Origin: Alphaproteobacteria bacterium
GTDB taxonomy: Bacteria; Pseudomonadota; Alphaproteobacteria; RF32; CAG-239
Assembly (NCBI GenBank): GCA_045537965.1
Contig: JAZSQL010000034.1
Location: 1-59,106, forward strand
Direction: 5' to 3'
Length of the DNA: 59,106 nucleotides
Below are positions 48,902 to 59,106 of the stretch, piece after piece. The notes beneath the pieces are model-generated. The model was given only the letters and a program-made list of their open reading frames with translations, was not told the DNA's origin and made no database searches. Each line of letters begins with the position of its first letter. Position 1 is the first letter of the stretch. Both the position numbers and the translations under genes were made by a program.

Positions 48902-50464
48902 TTATTTACTATTATCTAATAATCGCCTTACATATCCTGCTCTTATAATGCCTAAAAATAATAAAATCAAGCAAAATACTAAAGTTAATCTATTACCAAA
49001 ATAGCTATACAATGTTTTATATCCTAGCGCACTATCAATATTTATATCTAAAATTCCCTTATAATTTAATGGTAATTTTCCCTTTTCAACTCCACACGGA
49101 TTAAAAACACCGCTAATTCCATTATTAGCCGCACGAACAATAGTAATTCCTTCTTCAACTGCTCGCATTTTAGCAGCTACCCAATGTTGATAAGGACCTA
49201 CCGAGTCACCATACCAACCATCATTAGTTAAATTAACTAAAAAATCTGGTCTATTATTTTGATTTACAACTTCACCAGGAAAAATAGCCTCATAACATAT
49301 AATTCCTCCAAAAGACGGCAAACCATCAATTTTAATAACTTTAGGACCATTTCCTTTACCGAATGTCCCTATTGCATTAGCTACTGGTCTAATAAAACTA
49401 GGCAGATATTCTCGCAACGGAATATACTCACCAAAAGGAACCAAATGTGATTTATGATAATAATCTACAACTTCGCCATTTTTACCTAGAACCACCATTG
49501 AATTATAGAGTTGATATTCATTAAATACAAAATCATACGTTACCATTCCTGCCAATAAATAACTTCCTTTTTGCAAAATTGGTTCTAATTTTTGTTGATG
49601 TTCTTTATCCCTATCTAACATAAATGGTGATGCTGTCTCCCCCCAAACAATAAAATTAGGAATTTTTTCTTTTTTCTCTGCTGATAAGTTAAGATATTCA
49701 TTAAAATTATGTTCCATTAACTCTTTATTCCACTTCATTGTTTGTGGTATACTTGGTTGAACAATTCTAACAACTATATCTGTTTCTACAACGCTAGAAT
49801 TAAGCAAACGCAAAAAACCAAATAACCATAAAACAAAAAATATAAAAATTATTGAAACAATCGCAAAAATAAAATTTTTCTTATTTTTAGCAACCAACCA
49901 AAGCCCTATAACACTGTATGATAACACTGATAAAAGAGATAAAAGATAACTTCCACCTACCGATGCTAGTTGTATCATTTCATCAGAAAATGCTAAAGAA
50001 TACCCCATCAAATTCCAAGGAAAACCCGTAAATAAAAAACTTCTTATCCATTCACCAATTACTAGCGATGACGCAAATATTATCCATTTCTGCCAATTAT
50101 ACTTTCCTAATATTACACAACAAGCAGGAATTGCAAAAAATAAACCAAAAAATCCACCCGCAGCCAACAAAATTATTGGATACAGACAACCAAACTTTTC
50201 CGCTTCAATAAAAAGCGCATTACCAATCCAACTAAAACCAAAAGCAAAATGAGCAAAACCAAACCAATAACCAATAGCAAAAGCCTTTTTAGCTGTCTTA
50301 ATATTAAGCAAAAGCCACATTAATATCGAAAATGCAACAAATGGTGCTATTATCCAATACCTTGGAGCAAAACCTAAAACACTAACTAAACCAGCAATAA
50401 AAGCTATAGTTTTTCTATATTCTTTCTCTGCTACACCATTATTCGTCATTTTCTTTTTGCTCAT
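48902..50464 (-). CDS. lnt: Apolipoprotein N-acyltransferase
   Basis: GFPWN, WGET, K.HLVPFGEY, ICYE, TNDGW, N.GIS. Confidence 0.96.
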   Translation of the reverse strand: MSKKKMTNNGVAEKEYRKTIAFIAGLVSVLGFAPRYWIIAPFVAFSILMWLLLNIKTAKKAFAIGYWFGFAHFAFGFSWIGNALFIEAEKFGCLYPIILLAAGGFFGLFFAIPACCVILGKYNWQKWIIFASSLVIGEWIRSFLFTGFPWNLMGYSLAFSDEMIQLASVGGSYLLSLLSVLSYSVIGLWLVAKNKKNFIFAIVSIIFIFFVLWLFGFLRLLNSSVVETDIVVRIVQPSIPQTMKWNKELMEHNFNEYLNLSAEKKEKIPNFIVWGETASPFMLDRDKEHQQKLEPILQKGSYLLAGMVTYDFVFNEYQLYNSMVVLGKNGEVVDYYHKSHLVPFGEYIPLREYLPSFIRPVANAIGTFGKGNGPKVIKIDGLPSFGGIICYEAIFPGEVVNQNNRPDFLVNLTNDGWYGDSVGPYQHWVAAKMRAVEEGITIVRAANNGISGVFNPCGVEKGKLPLNYKGILDINIDSALGYKTLYSYFGNRLTLVFCLILLFLGIIRAGYVRRLLDNSK

Positions 50465-51323
50465 TTTCTCTAATAATAAGAGCCTTCTTCACTTGACAAT
50501 AATCAGCTTCCAATATTCTGAACTTAATACCGTTCAAACCTTCAACTACTTCACTTTGTTCTGGAACTCGCTGAATAAAGTGTAAAATTAAAGCATTTAC
50601 AGTATCTACTTCATCAACGACTTCCTCATCTAACCCTTTATATAAATCAAGACCACAAGCTTCATTTATTTCTTCCAACTCCGCTTTACCATCTACCAAA
50701 ATATTACCATTTGTCTGATTGCAAATTACAGGATTCTCTTCCTGATCATACTCATCCTCAATATCACCTACAATTTCTTCCAATAAATCCTCTATTGTAA
50801 CCAAACCATCAACACCACCATAATCATCTACAACAACAGCTATATGAATTTTTTCTTGCTGCATTTCTTTCAACAAATCCGAAACTCCTTTTTCAGCCGA
50901 TACAAACTTAATTTTATCGCTTAAAATATCTGCAGCCTTCAAATCCTTTTGATTATTTAAAACCCCTCTAACCAAATCAATAACATGAACAATACCAACA
51001 ATATCATCCATTGAATCACCATAAATAGGTATACGCGAATGCCCCCTTTCGATCATGAGCTCCGCTAGATCAATAACATTGCCATCTTTAGGAAATGCCA
51101 CTATTTCAGCCCTAGGTATCATAATATTGCCACATTTACGATCACGCAAATCCAACAAATTATTGAGCATCATCTGCTCATGTTCGTTAAAATCATCATC
51201 ACCATTTTCAACAGCCTCTTCTATAAGATCTTCTATAGTTTCTCTTACTGTTTCTACTGGTTTAGGCTTAAACCATCTTGTAAAAATATTTCCACTATCT
51301 ACCGAACTATCTTCTTCCGACAT
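50439..51323 (-). CDS. corC: CBS/CorC-HlyC protein
   Basis: MIPR, HSRIPIY, VVDDYGG..GLVTIEDLLEEIVGDIEDEYD. Confidence 0.92.
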   Translation of the reverse strand: MSEEDSSVDSGNIFTRWFKPKPVETVRETIEDLIEEAVENGDDDFNEHEQMMLNNLLDLRDRKCGNIMIPRAEIVAFPKDGNVIDLAELMIERGHSRIPIYGDSMDDIVGIVHVIDLVRGVLNNQKDLKAADILSDKIKFVSAEKGVSDLLKEMQQEKIHIAVVVDDYGGVDGLVTIEDLLEEIVGDIEDEYDQEENPVICNQTNGNILVDGKAELEEINEACGLDLYKGLDEEVVDEVDTVNALILHFIQRVPEQSEVVEGLNGIKFRILEADYCQVKKALIIRENEQKENDE

Positions 51324-51333
51324 CTTTTATACA

Positions 51334-51858
51334 CTACCCTTCATACGGATTATTAATACCAAACTTTTTTAAGATTTCAATTTCAATGCTTTCCATCTCT
51401 TCAGCTTCATCATCTTCTTGATGATCATAACCAAACAAATGCAAAATTCCATGCACCAACAAATGAGCAAAATGATTTTTCAAAGGAACCTTTTTCTCAT
51501 CAGCTTCTCTATTCAACGTTTCTAAGGCTATAATAATATCACCCAATTCAATATTCTCAACACCACCAACAACATCAAAAAACGCATCATCATCTATATT
51601 TGCAAAGGACAATACATTTGTCGGCTTATCCTTACCTCTAAATTCATAATTAAGACTTTGTACGTGCTCATCATTACTCAAAGCCAAAGTAACAAATATC
51701 GGCTGTCCTTTCCAACCATCAAAACCCAAATCTTTTTTGTGTAAAAAATCTACAACTTCCTCAAAAACAAACTCAGACCATATTCCTATATCCTCAAGAC
51801 TTATTTTCCATCGGTCATCTTCAATTACAACATCAAGTTGATTACTACTCATCACCAT
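51334..51858 (-). CDS. ybeY: rRNA maturation RNase YbeY
   Basis: FRGKDKPTNVLSF, HGILHLFGYDH. Confidence 0.96.
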   Translation of the reverse strand: MVMSSNQLDVVIEDDRWKISLEDIGIWSEFVFEEVVDFLHKKDLGFDGWKGQPIFVTLALSNDEHVQSLNYEFRGKDKPTNVLSFANIDDDAFFDVVGGVENIELGDIIIALETLNREADEKKVPLKNHFAHLLVHGILHLFGYDHQEDDEAEEMESIEIEILKKFGINNPYEG

Positions 51859-52810
51859 ACTCTTTTTTACTTTTTTCCTCATAAGCCTTGACAATTTTAG
51901 CAACCAAACCATGTCTAACCACATCAGCTGCAGAAAATCTTACCGAACCTATATTTGATGTTCCTTTCAAAACTTCTAAAGCATCTCTCAAACCTGAAAC
52001 AACACCTCTAGGCAAATCCACCTGACTTAAATCACCATTAATAACCATCCGTGAATTTTCGCCCAAACGAGTTAAAAACATTTTCATTTGCATTGGTGTA
52101 GTATTTTGCGCTTCATCCAAAATTATAAACGCATTAGACAAAGTACGCCCACGCATAAATGCTAATGGTGCAATCTCAATCTCACCAAGTGCAATTTTTT
52201 TATCAACTTGCTCTGCAGGCAACATTTCATACAACGCATCATAAAGAGGACGTAAATAAGGATCTACCTTATCCTTTAAATCACCTGGCAAGAAACCTAA
52301 GTTTTCACCAGCCTCAACAGCTGGACGAGACAAAATAATCTTATCTATAGTTCCTTCCAACATCATCGAAACAGCCAAAGCAACAGCTAAATAAGTTTTA
52401 CCTGTACCAGCAGGTCCCAAACCAAACACTAATTCATTTTGCATCATTGTCTGAATATATTCAGCCTGTGTCGCTGAACGAGGATAAATATGGCGTTTTT
52501 TAGTCTTCAAAACAATATTACTTAAATCTTGAGCTGTTTGAGTATCAACATTATCACCACTTAACCTAACAGCAGCTTTAACTTCTTGCTCACCAATTTC
52601 AATACCTCTACTAACCTTATTATACAAAACATCTATGGCTGTCTTTGCTTGATCAATAGAACTTTTCTCTCCTTTAATAGTAATATTATTACCAAACGAA
52701 ACTATTTCCACGCCCAAAATTTTTTCCAATAGTTTTAAATTTGCATCCTGTGCCCCAACCATTTGTTGAACCAGCGTATTATTAAACAATTCAAACGAAA
52801 TCTCAGCCAT
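51845..52810 (-). CDS. phoH: PhoH-like ATPase
   Basis: GPAGTGKT, RPAVEAGE, MRGRT, DEAQN. Confidence 0.95.
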   Translation of the reverse strand: MAEISFELFNNTLVQQMVGAQDANLKLLEKILGVEIVSFGNNITIKGEKSSIDQAKTAIDVLYNKVSRGIEIGEQEVKAAVRLSGDNVDTQTAQDLSNIVLKTKKRHIYPRSATQAEYIQTMMQNELVFGLGPAGTGKTYLAVALAVSMMLEGTIDKIILSRPAVEAGENLGFLPGDLKDKVDPYLRPLYDALYEMLPAEQVDKKIALGEIEIAPLAFMRGRTLSNAFIILDEAQNTTPMQMKMFLTRLGENSRMVINGDLSQVDLPRGVVSGLRDALEVLKGTSNIGSVRFSAADVVRHGLVAKIVKAYEEKSKKEYGDE

Positions 52811-52818
52811 ATTTAACC

Positions 52819-54147
52819 TCATACAATCTCACCTGACAACGAATTCATTGTCGCTTCATTAACTTTAACATTCACAATTTTGTTCAAAAGTCCTTTATCT
52901 GCATCAGCATGAAGATTCTGCATATATGGTGTTCTACCAACCAACTGCCCCTGATGTCGACCTTTACTTTCAAACAATACTGGTAACACTTTACCAACTA
53001 ATTCTTTATTAAACTTTAATTGATAGTCAAATAATTTACTTTGCAAAATTGCTAATCGTTCTTTTTTAACTTTTTCTTCGACTTGATTTAGCATAACAGA
53101 TGCTGGTGTTCCAGGTCTGCGAGAATACTTGAACGAAAAGGCTTGAATATATTTTACCTTATCAACCACATCTAAAGTTGCTTGAAAATCAGCATCTGTT
53201 TCCCCTGGAAAACCAACAATAAAATCCGAAGAAAAACCAAGTTTAGGATTTGCTTCTCTCAATCGAGCGATAATCTCCAAGTATTGCGATGAATTATGTC
53301 TTCTGTTCATTGCTTTTAATATTACATCTGAACCAGATTGTATTGGCAAATGCAAATAAGGCATAAGCTTATCAATGTTCCTATGACAATCTACCAATTC
53401 ATCATTAACATCTGCAGGATATGATGTTGTATATCTAATGCGTTTCAACCCATCAATTTCATTTAATCGATTAAGCAAATACGCCAAATTACGCTCTTTA
53501 CCATTAACATCTTCACCATGGTAAGAATTAACATTCTGCCCCAATAAATTAATTTCTAACGTACCGCCATCAACCAAGCGTTGAGCCTCTTTTATAACAT
53601 CTTCAATTGGTCTAGATGTTTCAATTCCTCGAGTATAAGGTACAACACAATAGGTGCAAAAATTATTACATCCTTCTTGAATAGCCAAATATGAACAGCC
53701 ACCATTACTACTATTGTTAGGCAAAAAATCAAATTTCGATTCGGCAGGAAATTCTGTATCAATTATCGTTTCACCAATTTTTCTTTCAATTTTTGCTAAA
53801 ATTTCTGGTAACCTATGATATGTCAAAGGTCCCAATGCAAAATCAACATATTCGGCTCTTTTTGCTATTTGTTCATCTTCAGCTTGAACCACACAACCAA
53901 TAACACCAATGATTGTCTTTTTACCTTCCAGCTCACGTTCTTGTTTAATAAGATTAATACGCCCCAAATCAGAAAACAACTTTTCAGTTGCTTTTTCCCT
54001 AATATGACAGGTATTAAAAATTACTAAATCTGCTTGCCTAATTGAAGAAGCTGAACTAAACCCCAAGTCCTCTAAAATAGCTGCCACTCTTTGTGAATCA
54101 TAAACATTCATCTGACAACCAAAAGTTTTAATATAGTATTTTTTCAT
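52819..54147 (-). CDS. miaB: tRNA methylthiotransferase MiaB
   Basis: TFGCQMN, NTCHIREKA, CNNFCTYC radical-SAM motif, TRAM tail. Confidence 0.97.
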   Translation of the reverse strand: MKKYYIKTFGCQMNVYDSQRVAAILEDLGFSSASSIRQADLVIFNTCHIREKATEKLFSDLGRINLIKQERELEGKKTIIGVIGCVVQAEDEQIAKRAEYVDFALGPLTYHRLPEILAKIERKIGETIIDTEFPAESKFDFLPNNSSNGGCSYLAIQEGCNNFCTYCVVPYTRGIETSRPIEDVIKEAQRLVDGGTLEINLLGQNVNSYHGEDVNGKERNLAYLLNRLNEIDGLKRIRYTTSYPADVNDELVDCHRNIDKLMPYLHLPIQSGSDVILKAMNRRHNSSQYLEIIARLREANPKLGFSSDFIVGFPGETDADFQATLDVVDKVKYIQAFSFKYSRRPGTPASVMLNQVEEKVKKERLAILQSKLFDYQLKFNKELVGKVLPVLFESKGRHQGQLVGRTPYMQNLHADADKGLLNKIVNVKVNEATMNSLSGEIV

Positions 54148-54303
54148 CTTTACTTTCAAATTTTCAAATATATCACGCAACTTATGATAACGATAAACGA
54201 TTTTTTTATTTTTTTCAAGGTTGTTGTCCGTTTTTAATTGAACTTTTACCATATTTTTGTTATTGTTTATATAACAAGGAACTTTTTTCACAGGAGATTT
54301 TTT

Positions 54304-54750
54304 ATGTCAAACAACAATATGGAGAACCAAATGAGCTACATTTCTGAAATGACTGAAGAAGAAAAAATAATATTTCTTAGGGTGTTAGTTGCTCTAGCTC
54401 GTTCCGATAACAATTTTGATGATGAAGAAAAAGCATTCATCAAAGATATTGCTATTATATTTGGCATAACAAAAGACAAAATAGATGACATCCTTCTTCC
54501 GTTGACAGATGAGGAAGTTATTAAAAAAGCTTCCAAAATAAAGAAACGTCAAGCAGCTCTTCAACTAATAAAAGAAGCTTGCTTGCTAGCAAATTCTGAT
54601 GGCGACTTATCTGATAGAGAAATCATTCTTATCGGCAAGATAGGACAAGCAATGGGAATTGAATTAGAAAAAATAGAACAAATTAGCAAGTGGGTTATAG
54701 ATCGCATAGTTTGGCTTGAAGAAGGTAAACTTATTTTTGAACAGCTTTAA
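54304..54750 (+). CDS. TerB-like protein
   Basis: LARSD..D.EE and LANSDG...RE repeats; AGGAG RBS. Confidence 0.8.
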   Translation: MSNNNMENQMSYISEMTEEEKIIFLRVLVALARSDNNFDDEEKAFIKDIAIIFGITKDKIDDILLPLTDEEVIKKASKIKKRQAALQLIKEACLLANSDGDLSDREIILIGKIGQAMGIELEKIEQISKWVIDRIVWLEEGKLIFEQL

Positions 54751-54776
54751 TATTTTTTAGATAAGGAGTTGCTCCT

Positions 54777-55940
54777 ATGGAAAAAATGATTGTAAATTTA
54801 GATGATATAACTGTTGAGAACATCCCAAATTTTTCAGCTTATGAAGAATTTAAGAATGAACTTGGCTTTGAACTGGAAAATCGTCAATTTATTCGCACTT
54901 ACCTTCCTCCTGAAATAAAAGCAAGAAACGACGCTCTTTCTTCAGCCATAGGTTTTATGCACCCTGAACATTTGCGTATGAAAGCAAATGAATTACTTAA
55001 AAGCCAACAAATAGATGGAAAATATGATGATTTAATCGATCTTATGGCGTCTAAAAACAACAATAATTACAACCAATTCAGCTCTATGTGGAGTCCTCTT
55101 ATTTGGCAAGCTCGCGAAGATTCTTCACAACAAAAAGTTGAAATTTCTACTAAAAATGGCAAAAAAAGTATTGACGCCTTTGATATAGACTATTTAATTG
55201 CCGAAAGTTTGCAACACCTATATTCATCAGAAGATCCTGCAGCTGAATACTATGATTGGTGTGAACGCCAACAAAAAATTGAAGTTGATATCAATACCTG
55301 TGGAACTACCGAAGATGAGATTGCTACTCGTAACTCTTTTATTGGTTTTTTAGACGACCGTGAAACAGAAATAAAACGAATTATACAACTCTATGCGGGG
55401 GCTGCTTTCAACACCAACTGTCGCATGCAAGAAAGTGCTCAAGAAAAACTCAAATTTTTAACGTTCAAACTAGGTGAATTAAGACGCTTACGTCAACGCA
55501 CCGAAAACACAAAATCCCACGCCGACTCAAACGAGTATTTTGAACAAAGAGAGCGCCGTCAACAACAAATAGCAACATCTGTTACATCTGGTCTTGTTGC
55601 TATGGAAGCCCTATCTCTTGGAGATAAACAACTCGCAGAACATGCCTTTAAAGTATCCATTGAGCATGGTTTAGGAGAAACTTTTGTTAACATGCGTCCC
55701 GAAACTCAAACTGTTGAACAAGCAAATAATAAAATTCAATCTGCTCACAACAACCGAGCTCAAATGGAAGCAATGTTCGCTGCGCTACGCAACGGAAAAA
55801 CCGTTGAACAGTGGAAAAACGAAAACCAAAATTCTAATAATAACACATATCATAGCTCTACTATTAGGAGTAATGTAAGAAACTTACGTGGTTGGGAAAT
55901 TACAAGATTTCGTGAAGCTACTAATAGAATGTCTGCTTAA
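54777..55940 (+). CDS. Hypothetical protein (387 aa)
   Basis: Long ORF, AAGGAG RBS. Confidence 0.8.
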   Translation: MEKMIVNLDDITVENIPNFSAYEEFKNELGFELENRQFIRTYLPPEIKARNDALSSAIGFMHPEHLRMKANELLKSQQIDGKYDDLIDLMASKNNNNYNQFSSMWSPLIWQAREDSSQQKVEISTKNGKKSIDAFDIDYLIAESLQHLYSSEDPAAEYYDWCERQQKIEVDINTCGTTEDEIATRNSFIGFLDDRETEIKRIIQLYAGAAFNTNCRMQESAQEKLKFLTFKLGELRRLRQRTENTKSHADSNEYFEQRERRQQQIATSVTSGLVAMEALSLGDKQLAEHAFKVSIEHGLGETFVNMRPETQTVEQANNKIQSAHNNRAQMEAMFAALRNGKTVEQWKNENQNSNNNTYHSSTIRSNVRNLRGWEITRFREATNRMSA

Positions 55941-56030
55941 AATAGTGTTTATAATTGACATATCTCGAAACTTGCGTTATGCAAGTAGATAGTGTTGTGT
56001 TATATTTAACAAAATATCAGGAGATTTTAT

Positions 56031-56333
56031 ATGGTTATTTTCGATCCATTTTTAGAAATTTTAGGATTTATTGTAGATATTTACTTCAAAATAGTTGTTG
56101 TTCAAGTTGTTTTATATTGGCTTATCCATTTTAAAATACTAGAGCCATCAAACAAATATGCAACAAAAACTGTTGAGTTGCTTGATAAAGCAACTGTCCC
56201 TGTATATAACAAAATCAAATCAAAAATTCCAACAGTATTTTCTGGAATTGACTTTGCTCCATTTGGTGTTTTGTTAGTTCTATACTTTATTAGTCGTGTA
56301 ATCACAAGTCTACGCATTTTACTTGTAGGTTAA
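56031..56333 (+). CDS. yggT: YggT family membrane protein
   Basis: T.PVY..I...IP...GIDFAP; precedes DUF167-folD. Confidence 0.85.
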   Translation: MVIFDPFLEILGFIVDIYFKIVVVQVVLYWLIHFKILEPSNKYATKTVELLDKATVPVYNKIKSKIPTVFSGIDFAPFGVLLVLYFISRVITSLRILLVG

Positions 56334-56334
56334 T

Positions 56335-56646
56335 TTGTTTTTTGACGAAACGACAAAAGGAATTATTTTAAGAGTTAGGCTTAGTCCTAACTCTTCTTGT
56401 TGCAAAATAAATGGTATATTCAAAACTCCTGATGGTTTAGAATACTTAAAAATCAACATTATTAGCGTAGCAGAAAAAGGAAAAGCCAACCAAGAACTAA
56501 TATCTTGGTTAGCAAAAAAATTAAAAACAGCCAAATCAAATATCTCTATTATATCTGGAGAACTTGACAGATACAAAAAAATTCTTATAACTGCAGATAA
56601 ATCAACCATTATGCCTATACTACAGGCTTGGATAGGAAAGGAATAA
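56335..56646 (+). CDS. DUF167/YggU family protein
   Basis: VRLSPNS, GKANQELI, I.I.SGE..RYK. Confidence 0.88.
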   Translation: MFFDETTKGIILRVRLSPNSSCCKINGIFKTPDGLEYLKINIISVAEKGKANQELISWLAKKLKTAKSNISIISGELDRYKKILITADKSTIMPILQAWIGKE

Positions 56647-56651
56647 CAATC

Positions 56652-57542
56652 ATGACTGCTCATATAATTGATGGTAAAAGTATCGCCAAGCAAATACGTG
56701 ATAACTTAAAGAACAAAATAGGCATAAATAATTCTACTATATCCCCAACCTTAGCTGTAATTTTAGTCGGCGATAACGAGGCCAGCCAAATTTATGTAAG
56801 AAACAAAAAAAAGGCTGCTGACGAAGTTGGTATTAATTGTCAAATATTTGAGTTATCATCATCAATTGGTGAAAATGCACTATTAGAAGTTATTGAACAA
56901 CTAAACACAGATGAAAATATTCATGGTATTATTGTCCAATTGCCATTACCAAAACATATTGATGCACTCAAGATATTATCTAAAATAAACCCATTGAAAG
57001 ATGTTGATGGTTTCAGCCCATATAATGCAGGTCTTTTGTCTTACAATGACCAAAAAGCTTTTATTTCTGCAACACCAAAAGGAATTTTAGAGCTTTTAAA
57101 ATCAACAGGAACCGAACTTGCAGGTAAACATGCTGTTATCATTGGGCGTTCCAATATTGTTGGCAAGCCTGTATCAATGTTATTACTCAATAATGACTGT
57201 ACCGTAACCATAACCCATTCCAAAACTAAAGAAATTGCCTCAATTTTACGCACTGCTGATATCGTTATTGCTGCATGCGGACAGGCTAAACTTGTTAAAT
57301 CTGACTGGATTAAAGAAGGAGCTATTATTATTGATGTGGGCATCAATCGTGAAAATGGCAAACTTTGCGGTGATGTTGATTTTGAAAATGTTAAAGAAAA
57401 AGCATCTTATATAACTCCTGTCCCTGGTGGCGTAGGTCCCATGACTATTGCTATGCTTTTATCCAATACACACGAAGCTTTTTGTCTTCAAAAAAATCAA
57501 AAACAATGTTGTTGCAAAGATAAAAAGTGTCACTGCCACTAA
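56652..57542 (+). CDS. folD: Methylene-THF dehydrogenase/cyclohydrolase
   Basis: VQLPLP, KDVDG, GRSNIVGKP, PVPGGVGPMT. Confidence 0.98.
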   Translation: MTAHIIDGKSIAKQIRDNLKNKIGINNSTISPTLAVILVGDNEASQIYVRNKKKAADEVGINCQIFELSSSIGENALLEVIEQLNTDENIHGIIVQLPLPKHIDALKILSKINPLKDVDGFSPYNAGLLSYNDQKAFISATPKGILELLKSTGTELAGKHAVIIGRSNIVGKPVSMLLLNNDCTVTITHSKTKEIASILRTADIVIAACGQAKLVKSDWIKEGAIIIDVGINRENGKLCGDVDFENVKEKASYITPVPGGVGPMTIAMLLSNTHEAFCLQKNQKQCCCKDKKCHCH

Positions 57543-57602
57543 AAAAATAAAAAAACAATATTATATACTCCTGTAGTTTTTGCAAAGCTTCAGGAGTTTT
57601 TT

Positions 57603-57968
57603 ATGTCAAATAATGTGGTTTTTATGCTAGATAATGATAAAGTTTTTCTGGAGCTATATTCCAAATTGCTACAGACTAAAGGGTGGCAAGTTTTTGCTAC
57701 AGACAACCTTTTTCTTCTAACCAAATACGCTAAAACAGCTCAACCAGAATGGATATTTATTGATCAAAATTTTGCTAATCATCATGAAAAAGAAATAGTA
57801 AAAATCATTGACAAAGCCATAGATTTTAAACGCCCGCACTATGCAATAATGAGCAATCACATAACATCAAAATATATGAAGAAGCAAGACAACATCGAAT
57901 TTGTATACAAACCTTATATTTTAGAAAAAATAATACAAATATCAGAAAATAGTTGCAATCCTCACTAG
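57603..57968 (+). CDS. Single-domain response regulator (divergent receiver)
   Basis: LDND, PEWIFID (phospho-Asp), IMS, YKP. Confidence 0.7.
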   Translation: MSNNVVFMLDNDKVFLELYSKLLQTKGWQVFATDNLFLLTKYAKTAQPEWIFIDQNFANHHEKEIVKIIDKAIDFKRPHYAIMSNHITSKYMKKQDNIEFVYKPYILEKIIQISENSCNPH

Positions 57969-58017
57969 ATTGTTTAGTATTCCAAAGTCTTTAGTAAAAA
58001 ATATTTTGGAAACAAAA

Positions 58018-58617
58018 ATGATAAATTGGTTCAACAATCTAGTTCAAAGAACTTATGACATTATGCTATCTCTCTCAGCAAAGCCCAATGCTATGGCTTT
58101 TTTATTCATTGTCGCTTTTGCTGAAAGTTCTTTTTTTCCCATACCACCAGATGTCATGTTAATACCAATGATACTAGCGACCCCCAACAAAGCTTGGCAA
58201 ATAGCTGGGATAGCAACTATTGCTAGCGTTTTAGGTGGATATTTTGGCTATGGAATTGGTGTTTTTGCCTTTGACATGATTGCCAAACCTATTCTTGAAT
58301 TTTACAATGCTTTAGAACAATTTCATCAATTTGAAAATTATTATCACCAATATGGTGCTTGGATTGTTTTTGGTGCTGGTATAACTCCCTTTCCATACAA
58401 AATAATAACCATTGCTAGTGGCGTTGTTCATCTAGATTTAGTAGTATTTACAGTTGCCAGTATCCTCGCCCGAGGAATGCGCTTTTTCCTTGTTGCTTGG
58501 TTGCTAAAAAAATATGGTGAACCAATGAAGGCATTTATTGAAAAACATCTTGGAATACTTTCTATTTTGTTTTTAATCTTACTGATAGGTGGTTTTGCCC
58601 TAATTAAATACTTCTAA
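58018..58617 (+). CDS. DedA/YqaA family membrane protein
   Basis: AESSFFPIPPD, SVLGG..GY, TPFPYK, RG.RF. Confidence 0.92.
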   Translation: MINWFNNLVQRTYDIMLSLSAKPNAMAFLFIVAFAESSFFPIPPDVMLIPMILATPNKAWQIAGIATIASVLGGYFGYGIGVFAFDMIAKPILEFYNALEQFHQFENYYHQYGAWIVFGAGITPFPYKIITIASGVVHLDLVVFTVASILARGMRFFLVAWLLKKYGEPMKAFIEKHLGILSILFLILLIGGFALIKYF

Positions 58618-58805
58618 AAACACGACTATTTTAGCATTGGATGATAAATTAAGAGTGACAATAATGGGGCTCGTTTCACTTACTCAAAGTGTGACTGTGC
58701 TAAGGAGATTCTTCAATTAAAAAGCTTGGAATAACTTTATTTATTCAAACGGTAACTTTGATTATATTTCATTGATAATATTTTGTAAAAACAGATGGTT
58801 ACCAA

Positions 58806-59004
58806 CCTAAAACCTTGCAAAAAACTGAACAGTTTTTTTCAATATATATTTTAATTATATAGCAAAAAAAGTAAAAAAGCAATTAACTTGTTTTTATTAC
58901 ATGTTTTCAATGTGTTATATTCTTTTTATTTTTTTTATTTTCACTTTAAATATTCGTTCAAAAAACCTTGAAAAAAACTGTTCAGTTTTTTGCAAGGTTT
59001 TAGG
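58806..59004. promoter_or_regulatory. Candidate invertible promoter: perfect 37-bp inverted repeats
   Basis: 58806-58842 is the exact reverse complement of 58968-59004; minus-strand TTGCTT-N17-TATAAT at 58882-58854. Confidence 0.8.
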
Positions 59005-59034
59005 GATAGGTTTAGATATAAAGGAGATAAGGTT

Positions 59035-59106
59035 ATGAAAAAATATTTGCTTTTAGGTACTAGTTTAATTGTAGCTTCTTCGGCTTATGCTATTACGTGT
59101 GAACAA
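59035..59106 (+). CDS. Secreted protein, 5' partial
   Basis: AAGGAG RBS; MKKYLLLGTSLIVASSAYA|ITCEQ signal peptide; runs off window. Confidence 0.8.
   Translation, partial: MKKYLLLGTSLIVASSAYAITCEQ

Noticed and set aside
58620-58735. Decayed coding fragment or DGR template-like sequence (SDNNGARFTYSKCDC)
   Set aside because: No start, no matching repeat and no reverse transcriptase in the window; unsupported.

Overview
AT-rich chromosome segment of an alphaproteobacterium. Gene content and order look like an uncultured, Rhodospirillales-like host-associated lineage; this is inference. Bases 1-19650 are a composite, partly decayed genomic island abutting the 3' end of tRNA-Trp (19634-19709, -), with an att duplication at 16669-16685 and relic att arms near 12.8-13.0 kb. 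The island carries a tyrosine recombinase, an Mpi-family serine invertase, fragments of a large serine integrase and two resolvases, a small HUH-Rep-like gene, HipBA, a truncated SNF2 helicase, a PD-(D/E)XK nuclease and ankyrin proteins. It also has a SAM-I/IV-type riboswitch, a ~250-nt structured RNA leading a 26-aa hydrophobic peptide, and two inverted iteron-array + wHTH modules. Bases 19.7-59.1 kb are mostly core genes: tolQRA, ruvB, mreBCD-mrdA-rodA, ddl, miaA/B, metK, trmB, mnmA, lnt, ybeY, phoH, folD. The strongest unannotated signal is a set of three candidate phase-variation switches. (1) A perfect 37-bp inverted repeat with hix-like dyad/AA core encloses a sigma70 promoter pointing away from a secreted-protein gene (58806-59004). 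(2) A 20-bp inverted repeat encloses the helicase promoter directly beside the Mpi-like invertase (11486-11654). (3) A G8 tract sits inside the promoter spacer of a 1468-aa orphan gene. All calls are by eye; no database searches were run.
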